Assembly: GCA_050259035.1 (NCBI GenBank)
Contig: JBLMZW010000141.1
Coordinates: forward strand, 270-64,269
DNA: 64,000 nt
Direction of reading: 5' to 3'
Source: Chitinophagales bacterium
GTDB lineage: Bacteria; Bacillota; Syntrophomonadia; Syntrophomonadales; DTU052
Below are positions 57,182-64,000 of this stretch, piece by piece. Below the pieces are notes generated by a model that saw nothing but the letters and a program-made list of their open reading frames with translations, made no database searches and was not told the origin of the DNA. Every line of letters begins with the position of its first letter. The first letter of the stretch is position 1. Position numbers and translations under genes: made by a program.

Positions 57182-58807
57182 GTGATCCCCTTGTTTCTAC
57201 GGTATGGACGTCTTATTTTTGCCTTGTTTTGTATCGTCCTGGGACTAGCTTTTATGTTACCGTCCCTGCATCAGTCTGTAACAACACTTACCAGTAGTTC
57301 AGATAAGAAAGTTCTTAAACTGGGAGTGGTAGCAAAAGAAATAGTTGTTGATCCCTCGTTAGCTCAAAGTCGCCCTGAGAAGTTGATGGCATCAACGATG
57401 TATGAACCACTTTTGCGCTACGACGAGATCAGTAAAAGTCTTAAGCCTTGCCTGGCCAGAAACTGGGGATACTCCAAGGATGGGAGAAGCCTGGTTATCA
57501 TGCTGGCCAATTGCGTTTACTTTCATAATGGCAGGCAAATGACGGCTCAGGATATTAAGAATTCCTGGGAACGCTCATTACGAGATTCAAAAGACTTAGA
57601 ACTTCAATACCTCTTTACCACCATCGAAGGAGCCGACGCTTTCCAACAGGGAGTGGCTGATGAGATTAAGGGATTGAAAGTGATTGATAGATATACTCTT
57701 CGCATTTATATGAATCAACCTGATTCTGCTCTGGTTTACAAGATGACCAATTCTGCATTTTGGATAGTCGATGTCACCGACAGCGTTTCCACTCCTCCGG
57801 GCACTGGACCTTACCGGTTGAATAAACTAGATGAAAAACAATTGGTAGTAAAGAGTTTTAAGAATTATTGGGGAACTAAGCCGGACACTGGCGAAATATA
57901 TTTCGAAGCTTTTGATGATGAGTCAGAAGCCCTAAAAAGTTTCCAAAATGGAAATCTTGATTATCTTGATCAGGTACCGGTTAAAGAAGTAGCCGGCTTA
58001 GCAAAAGATTCTGCTTGGAAGGATTGTTTAGTTCGCGTACCGGTCCTGGGTTTTTATGCCCTGGGAATGAACGTAAATCAATACCCTTTTAACGAACTCC
58101 AATTTCGGCAGGCATTAAATTATTGTATTGACCGTCAACATCTAATAAACAATGTAATGGGCGGGGTTGGCGTTGCCTCGAAGGGGGTCTTCCCGGTTGA
58201 TCTCCCGGGATACAACCGAGCACTTCGGGGATACTCTTACAACCCTGAACTAAGCAGTGAATTATCAGCTGAATCTTCTTATATGCAAGAATCCCAACCA
58301 CCTGCTATCAAACTCTATTTTAATTCCGATCCGGGGCAGGAAAAATTAATTATGGCATGCCAAGCCCAATTGGAAAACCTAGGATTAAACATTCAACCCA
58401 TGCCAATGAACTGGGATGATTATCTTGGCCGGGTAACTACTCTGCAAACAGAATTCTTCCGGTTTGGGTGGGACGCCGACTATCCAGACCCCGATGGTTT
58501 TCTCTACCCTTTGTTTCATAGCAGCCAGATTGGGATAAGTAATTTCTGTGCCTATAAAAATCCGAGGCTGGATAATATATTGGACGATGCGCGCAAAGAA
58601 ACAGCCGACAATCAAAAAAGAATCAAGTTATTACGCCGGGCGGAGCAAATCGTAATTGACGATGCTCCAATGATTTGGCTATTTCAAAAGCAGTCGGTTA
58701 AGATGGTTAATCCAAGGGTTAAGGGCTTACAGGTAGACGGCATGGGCCTTATCAATTGGAAAAAAATAGAGCTTCTTGATGGCGCAGATATCAAAGAACA
58801 GTCCTAA
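57182..58807 (+). CDS. Family 5 (peptide/nickel) ABC substrate-binding protein, orphan
   Basis: LARNW, FHNGRQMTAQDI, GTGPY, RQALNYCIDR, GWDADYPDP. Confidence 0.88.
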   Translation: MIPLFLRYGRLIFALFCIVLGLAFMLPSLHQSVTTLTSSSDKKVLKLGVVAKEIVVDPSLAQSRPEKLMASTMYEPLLRYDEISKSLKPCLARNWGYSKDGRSLVIMLANCVYFHNGRQMTAQDIKNSWERSLRDSKDLELQYLFTTIEGADAFQQGVADEIKGLKVIDRYTLRIYMNQPDSALVYKMTNSAFWIVDVTDSVSTPPGTGPYRLNKLDEKQLVVKSFKNYWGTKPDTGEIYFEAFDDESEALKSFQNGNLDYLDQVPVKEVAGLAKDSAWKDCLVRVPVLGFYALGMNVNQYPFNELQFRQALNYCIDRQHLINNVMGGVGVASKGVFPVDLPGYNRALRGYSYNPELSSELSAESSYMQESQPPAIKLYFNSDPGQEKLIMACQAQLENLGLNIQPMPMNWDDYLGRVTTLQTEFFRFGWDADYPDPDGFLYPLFHSSQIGISNFCAYKNPRLDNILDDARKETADNQKRIKLLRRAEQIVIDDAPMIWLFQKQSVKMVNPRVKGLQVDGMGLINWKKIELLDGADIKEQS

Positions 58808-58833
58808 TAAGCCGCAACATTATAACTTTTGAG

Positions 58834-58872
58834 AAGGCCGGTACATGGGTGAGTTACCGGCCTTTGTAATTT
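58834..58872 (+). terminator. Intrinsic terminator
   Basis: AAGGCCGGTA...TACCGGCCTT then TGTAATTT. Confidence 0.6.
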
Positions 58873-58927
58873 ATAGATTAAATTCAGAATAATTCACAAA
58901 TTTTAAATAAAATAAGAAAACTATGGC

Positions 58928-58952
58928 AGGAAACTCGATCATTACAGAGAAC
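58928..58952 (+). promoter_or_regulatory. Possible SigH-type promoter
   Basis: (GC)AGGA-N17-GAAC upstream of the MCP gene. Confidence 0.3.
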
Positions 58953-58980
58953 TGTATTAGGTAATTGATGGTAGGAGGGA

Positions 58981-60474
58981 TTGATCTTGTCCGTCTTACA
59001 GGAGCATGAGCGAAGTATTAATCAGGTTACTTTTTATATGGTTTTTATTGGTTCAGTTCTAGGCGTACCTTTCTTTTTGTTTGTGAATAACCTGGGCATT
59101 GCTCCAACCTCATTTTTATTGATACCCATAGTATTTAGTCTAATTACCAGGTTCATGGGAAATACCTCCAGAGCTTACTTATGCAAGTATTCATATATGT
59201 TTATCTTCGCCTTGTTTACCCTTACGATTTTCTGCGTACTGGGTTATTACGATAATAACAACGCAGTGGTACTGCTGTACTTTGTGGGCCTGGTAGTCGC
59301 AGCCATGTACTATGGGAGACGCCTGGTCTACTTCTATGCAGCCCTGGTAACAATTCTTAACGTTGTAGGGATTGCTGTACTGCCCCATAAAATATTTTTT
59401 ATGGAGTATGCTTTCAATGACTGGTTTTCTGTTCTGGGTCTTTTCATTCTAGCGACCATTGCAGCCGGTGTTGTAGCTTATCGGGCTTCTGCCCTGATAG
59501 TCAAAGTGGAAACGGAAGAACAAAACGGCAAGGGTCTTGTTGATTCGTTACATAAAACTGTCAATCAAATATCAACGACCGCCGGTGAATTAAATCAAGT
59601 GAGCAATAAAATTCATTTATCCGCGCAGGATGCTGCTAATTCCGCCGGACAAATATCCGCGGCCATGAACCAGATGACACAGGCTTTTACTCATCAATCA
59701 GAACATGTGCTGGAGGTCTCGGATGCGACCGACCATATGGATCGATCCTTCCGAACCGTAATGGATAGCATGGAAACAGCCAGGGGGGCATCCTCCCGAA
59801 GCCTGGAAATAACCAATCAGGGGGCCGGTTATATCGATTCAGTCGTAGAATCTATAGATCAACTAGCCCAGTCAATTTCGGTATCAATCGAAACGGCAGG
59901 GAACCTTCAGGAATCCTCGGCCGAGATTAAGAATATTGTTGAACTGATTAGCGAGATTACCGCTCAGACCAATTTGTTATCCTTAAACGCTGCGATTGAA
60001 GCGGCTCGGGCTGGAGAAGCCGGACGTGGGTTTGCGGTAGTGGCGGAGGAAGTTAGGAGATTAGCCGCTCAATCGGCCACGGCGACCGAAACTATAAATC
60101 GGATCATTACTAATATCCAGGACCAGATCATCGAGGCTAACCGAGTTGCCCGCCTGGGACGGGATAACATAACTCGCAGTGAAGAATTGACCCAAAATGC
60201 TCACGAGGCTTTTTCCGGTATTGCGATAGCGGTTGCAGAAGCGACCTCGACCCTAGATGAGGCTGCAACTGCGGTTCAGAGCTTGGCGACCGATAGTAAC
60301 AGTATTGACGATAAAATGAGCAGCCTGGCAACTGCTTGCCAGCAATCGTTGGCTGGGGCACAGGAAATAATGGCCAACGTTGAACAACAGATGTTTAGAT
60401 ACAATGAGTTGTTGGAAATGGCCAAGTCGTTGACTACTCTGGCGGGTTCACTGGAAAAGGGAGCTCAAGCATAA
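58981..60474 (+). CDS. Methyl-accepting chemotaxis protein with intramembrane (~6 TM) sensor
   Basis: [34 protein letters not shown] hairpin tip; hydrophobic N-terminus. Confidence 0.93.
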   Translation: MILSVLQEHERSINQVTFYMVFIGSVLGVPFFLFVNNLGIAPTSFLLIPIVFSLITRFMGNTSRAYLCKYSYMFIFALFTLTIFCVLGYYDNNNAVVLLYFVGLVVAAMYYGRRLVYFYAALVTILNVVGIAVLPHKIFFMEYAFNDWFSVLGLFILATIAAGVVAYRASALIVKVETEEQNGKGLVDSLHKTVNQISTTAGELNQVSNKIHLSAQDAANSAGQISAAMNQMTQAFTHQSEHVLEVSDATDHMDRSFRTVMDSMETARGASSRSLEITNQGAGYIDSVVESIDQLAQSISVSIETAGNLQESSAEIKNIVELISEITAQTNLLSLNAAIEAARAGEAGRGFAVVAEEVRRLAAQSATATETINRIITNIQDQIIEANRVARLGRDNITRSEELTQNAHEAFSGIAIAVAEATSTLDEAATAVQSLATDSNSIDDKMSSLATACQQSLAGAQEIMANVEQQMFRYNELLEMAKSLTTLAGSLEKGAQA

Positions 60475-60847
60475 ATCCTAGAGAAAGTACGTCGGAGTAA
60501 AATGCTTTTCCATTTACGTAAACTGCGGGCCATTGATAACGGGAACTATAATGAACTTGAATAATCAGTAGGTGTCAGAACCCACCATTTTCCTGCCTAC
60601 CTGTAAACATCCCTTGAATGGGTTAAGGAGCATTGCTCTATATACCAAGGGGTGTTCCCTGTTGACCTCACCAGGATTGAATCCCAGCAAATCTGATAAA
60701 TTGAGGCTCTCAAATGATTTGCCCTATGGAACAAATACAAGAGTAAAGGATATAACAAAAGTCATAACGAAACAGTAATAAGCTAATCTTCTAGGATATT
60801 TATTTAGTTTTATAAGAGAGATCTAATTCAAAATTAGACCTTTTAGT

Positions 60848-62176
60848 TTGGGAGATGAAGTGTTGGTAGAAAAAATGCTGCTTCTAATGCTATGTTTAGC
60901 TGCAGTGTGCATGATCATGTTGATAATAATATTAGCCCGGTTATTCCGAAAGGATAAGGACCAGGAAATCATAAGACGCCTGGAGTTTTTGACTGAAAGC
61001 CTAAATAAGCAAGATCGAACCCTGCGTGAGGAGATGCTCGCTAATCGAACCGAAACAGGGCAGCAGGTTCAGGTTTTAGGCGGGCTGGTGGTCGAACGAA
61101 TGGCGGAAAACGCGGGATGGCAAAAGAATCAACTCAAAGAGTTTACCCATCAGGTTTCTATCCTTATCCAGAGCAGTGAACAGAGATTGGACAATGTAAG
61201 GCAGACGGTAGAGGATAGGCTTAAGTTCCTTCAGGACGATAATAGCAGGAAACTTGAACAGATCAGATTGACTGTAGATGAGAAACTTCATTCCACACTT
61301 GAGCAGCGCCTGGGCGAATCGTTCAAATTGGTAAGTGAGCGGCTTGAGATGGTCCACAAAGGACTTGGGGAGATGCAAAATCTGGCCACCGGGGTGGGGG
61401 ACTTAAAAAAGGTGCTGACTAATGTCAAAAGCAGAGGAATTTGGGGGGAGATTCAACTCGGGAATATTCTTCAGGAAGTTCTGTCTTCCGACCAATATGC
61501 AGCCAATGTTGCAGTAAAAACCAATAGCCTGGAAAGGGTCGAATATGCAGTAAGGTTACCGGGCCGGGGGGATTCACCGGGAACAGTTTGGCTTCCGATA
61601 GATGCTAAGTTTCCTCAGGAGGATTATCTTCGTCTGGTGGATGCTACTGAAGAAGGGAACCAGGTCGCCGCTAATCAGGCCTCTGTTCAGATTGAAAACC
61701 GTATTAAGGCGGAAGCTCGCAATATTGCATCAAAGTATATTGACCCACCCCATACCACGGATTTTGCTATAATGTTTCTGCCCACTGAGAGTCTTTTTGC
61801 TGAGGTAATCAGACGTCCGGGACTGCTTGAATATCTACAGCGTGAATATCGGGTAAATGTGGCTGGACCTACTACAATGGCTGCATTGCTAAACAGCTTG
61901 GCAGTAGGGTTTCGCACCCTGGCTATCGAAAAACGTTCCAGCGAAGTGTGGAACCTTTTAGGGGCAGTAAAAACTGAATTCGGTCGATTTGGAGATTTAC
62001 TGGACAAAACCCAGAAAAAATTACAGGAGGCCAGCAGTACTATAGAGAATGCGGCTCGGAGATCACGCACCATTGAGAGAAAACTAGGTAAAGTTCAAGA
62101 ACTGCCTGCCGGGGAAGCGGCCTGTCAAATAGATAGTAGTGAAGAATTACAAGAGTGGGGAGAGGATGACCGGTGA
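60848..62176 (+). CDS. rmuC: DNA recombination protein RmuC
   Basis: N-terminal TM, coiled coil, KSRGIWGE, PIDAKFP, TTDFAIMFLPTESL, GPTT. Start may be 60860/60863. Confidence 0.93.
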   Translation: MGDEVLVEKMLLLMLCLAAVCMIMLIIILARLFRKDKDQEIIRRLEFLTESLNKQDRTLREEMLANRTETGQQVQVLGGLVVERMAENAGWQKNQLKEFTHQVSILIQSSEQRLDNVRQTVEDRLKFLQDDNSRKLEQIRLTVDEKLHSTLEQRLGESFKLVSERLEMVHKGLGEMQNLATGVGDLKKVLTNVKSRGIWGEIQLGNILQEVLSSDQYAANVAVKTNSLERVEYAVRLPGRGDSPGTVWLPIDAKFPQEDYLRLVDATEEGNQVAANQASVQIENRIKAEARNIASKYIDPPHTTDFAIMFLPTESLFAEVIRRPGLLEYLQREYRVNVAGPTTMAALLNSLAVGFRTLAIEKRSSEVWNLLGAVKTEFGRFGDLLDKTQKKLQEASSTIENAARRSRTIERKLGKVQELPAGEAACQIDSSEELQEWGEDDR

Positions 62177-63384
62177 TTAATCGGGAACTTCTGGAGGTAA
62201 TTTATAAAGCCGCCAGCATTCAGCGCTGGAACGATCATATAAGACCACATCGAGGCTTTACTGAGCTTGATAAACAGTCCCATAAGATGATTTATGCTTA
62301 TATATTGGGCAAAATGGAAGAAACCGATCGAGGAGCCTCTGTCGACTGGTGTGCTCTAATTGAGGGGGGTATCTTTGAGTTCCTGCAAAGAATTAAATTA
62401 ACTGATCTGAAGCCAACGGTTTTTCATAGGTTGATGGAACATAAAAGCCGGGAGTTGAATGAATGGGTTCTGCGAGAATTGTCTGGAGCGATCGGTGATA
62501 TAGGCAACAATTTTAAGGAAAAATGCACCGCCTATCTGCTGTGTCCAGAACCGCGATCCCTGGAGCGAAGGATACTTAAAGCCGCTCACTATCTGGCGAC
62601 TGACTGGGAGTTTCGAATAATTTATCACTTAAATTCACCTCTCTATGGACTTGAGGAGACCCGCAAAGAGATTGAAAATCAAATTGAGGAGCACTACGAT
62701 CTGGCCGGGGTTCAAAAAATTGTATTGGGCAAAAAGACCCATGATTTTTTGGATTTAGTAGGGCAACTCAGGTTCCAACAGCGCTGGGGACAATCCCCGA
62801 GAATCCCCGAAACTTCTGTGATGGGGCATATGTTGGTAGTAGCGATGCTAACCTTCTTTTATTCCAACCAACTTGGTGCCTGTGACAAAAGGGTATACAA
62901 TAATTTTTTCGCTGGTCTTTTTCATGATCTCCCTGAAGTATTAACCAGGGATATTGTTTCCCCGGTCAAACGTTCTGTTCCTGGGCTGGAGGATTTAATA
63001 AAGGATATTGAAAAGGACCAAATACGCGAACGCATACTGCCATTATTGCCCGAACTGTGGCATTCTGAGGTTCTTTACTTTATCCAGGAGGAATTCCAAA
63101 ACAAGATCATTCAGGATACTGGTATACAATTCGTTACTTCGAGCGAGATTAGTGATAAATATAATGATGATCGGTTTTCTCCTCTGGATGGAGAACTGGT
63201 TAAGATGTGCGACCAGGTGGCTGCTTTTGTTGAGGCTTCAATGTCTATTGAATTTGGCCTTAAAATACCTGATCTGGTGATTGGCCAGCGGCAGATTTTT
63301 GAGAACTGTTCGGAGAAAACGGTATCTGGGTTGAGCTTCCGGGACGTATTTTATTTATTCAATGCTTTTAATCAGGAGGAATAG
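62173..63384 (+). CDS. Tandem YfbR-like HD-domain protein
   Basis: IQRWND..ELDKQSHK (first, degenerate half); QQRW..TSVMGH..FHDLPEVLTRDI..CDQ (second half). Confidence 0.82.
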   Translation: MINRELLEVIYKAASIQRWNDHIRPHRGFTELDKQSHKMIYAYILGKMEETDRGASVDWCALIEGGIFEFLQRIKLTDLKPTVFHRLMEHKSRELNEWVLRELSGAIGDIGNNFKEKCTAYLLCPEPRSLERRILKAAHYLATDWEFRIIYHLNSPLYGLEETRKEIENQIEEHYDLAGVQKIVLGKKTHDFLDLVGQLRFQQRWGQSPRIPETSVMGHMLVVAMLTFFYSNQLGACDKRVYNNFFAGLFHDLPEVLTRDIVSPVKRSVPGLEDLIKDIEKDQIRERILPLLPELWHSEVLYFIQEEFQNKIIQDTGIQFVTSSEISDKYNDDRFSPLDGELVKMCDQVAAFVEASMSIEFGLKIPDLVIGQRQIFENCSEKTVSGLSFRDVFYLFNAFNQEE

Positions 63385-63386
63385 AA

Positions 63387-63788
63387 GTGGAAATCCTTGA
63401 CCTTCATGGTATTTCACTGGAGAATGCTATCAGCAAAGTGGAAGAACAAATGGAATGGTGTTTAGCTCATGGGATAGAAATTCTAGTAATCAACCATGGC
63501 AAGGGATACCATAGCAGTCGAAACTTTTCGGTTATCAAACAGGAGGTTCGACGGTATCTTAATGATAAAAAGAGTTATCTCTCTCAGGCGGGGTACCGGG
63601 TTATCTTTGGAGAAGCCAATTACCCTGTGACGTTGGAATTTGACGAAGGTCATACCTTGATCGTAAGGAAAGGACTGGAAAGTGATTATCTTGGGAGCAA
63701 ACAGAGAATCGAGAAGAACCAGATAGTTTTTTCGGAGGAAGGACGTAAATTCAGGAAAAACGCCAAAAGAACAAGGTCGCAGAAGTAG
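63387..63788 (+). CDS. Stand-alone Smr/MutS2-domain protein
   Basis: LDLHG, INHGKG motifs. Confidence 0.82.
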   Translation: MEILDLHGISLENAISKVEEQMEWCLAHGIEILVINHGKGYHSSRNFSVIKQEVRRYLNDKKSYLSQAGYRVIFGEANYPVTLEFDEGHTLIVRKGLESDYLGSKQRIEKNQIVFSEEGRKFRKNAKRTRSQK

Positions 63789-64000
63789 GTTGTTTTCCAT
63801 ACAATTGATTTGTATACCAATTTCTTTGAAAATAGGGAGGATATCATCTGAGAATGATGGAATATCAATAAATAAACATTTAAAGGAGGTAATAATTCAG
63901 AAAATTCAAAATCATACCCAGCGTTTCTATCTTTGAAGACTGTATGCAGTAATGGTCGTTATAGGGGGGATAATATTGGATAATGAACAATTATATCAAG

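Noticed and set aside
63961-64000. Start of another CDS at the window edge
   Set aside because: A G-rich RBS with TTG/ATG candidates is present, but there is too little sequence to fix the frame or product.

Overview
Chromosomal window from an anaerobic, probably spore-forming Firmicute (Clostridia; Syntrophomonadaceae-like by gene content, which is an inference). Left to right it holds: a DUF2339 membrane gene; a TauE/DsbD_2 plus membrane polyferredoxin operon; pnuC-nadR NAD salvage; an addBA-type helicase-nuclease pair; and a ~12.7 kb minus-strand Gram-positive Pel exopolysaccharide locus (DUF4832 hydrolase, SDR-PelD fusion, pelE-like, DUF2194/PelA-deacetylase-like, pelF, pelG) that runs directly into a CotH kinase / VTC-domain / DUF4956 module. 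Next come degV; a CssRS-like two-component system; a class III aminotransferase/TetR pair; and a six-gene hybrid ABC operon mixing sugar-importer parts with a membrane-fusion protein and a MacB-like protein. After that: a TetR-controlled MBL-hydrolase plus C_GCAxxG_C_C-SCP2 operon; a CoA-disulfide reductase-rhodanese; tRNA-Leu(CAA); an FN3-repeat surface protein; an ECF sigma/anti-sigma pair; the core polA-mutM-ytaF-coaE-SLT block; and an orphan peptide-binding protein, an MCP, rmuC, an HD protein and an Smr protein. No CRISPR array, integrase or transposase was seen. The best candidates for undescribed biology are (i) Pel coupled to a possible polyphosphate-export/extracellular-kinase module, with a catalytically degenerate epimerase fused to PelD, and (ii) the importer/exporter hybrid ABC system, whose promoter shares a 45-bp repeat array with the CssRS-like operon. 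All family calls come from motif recognition by eye, not from database searches.
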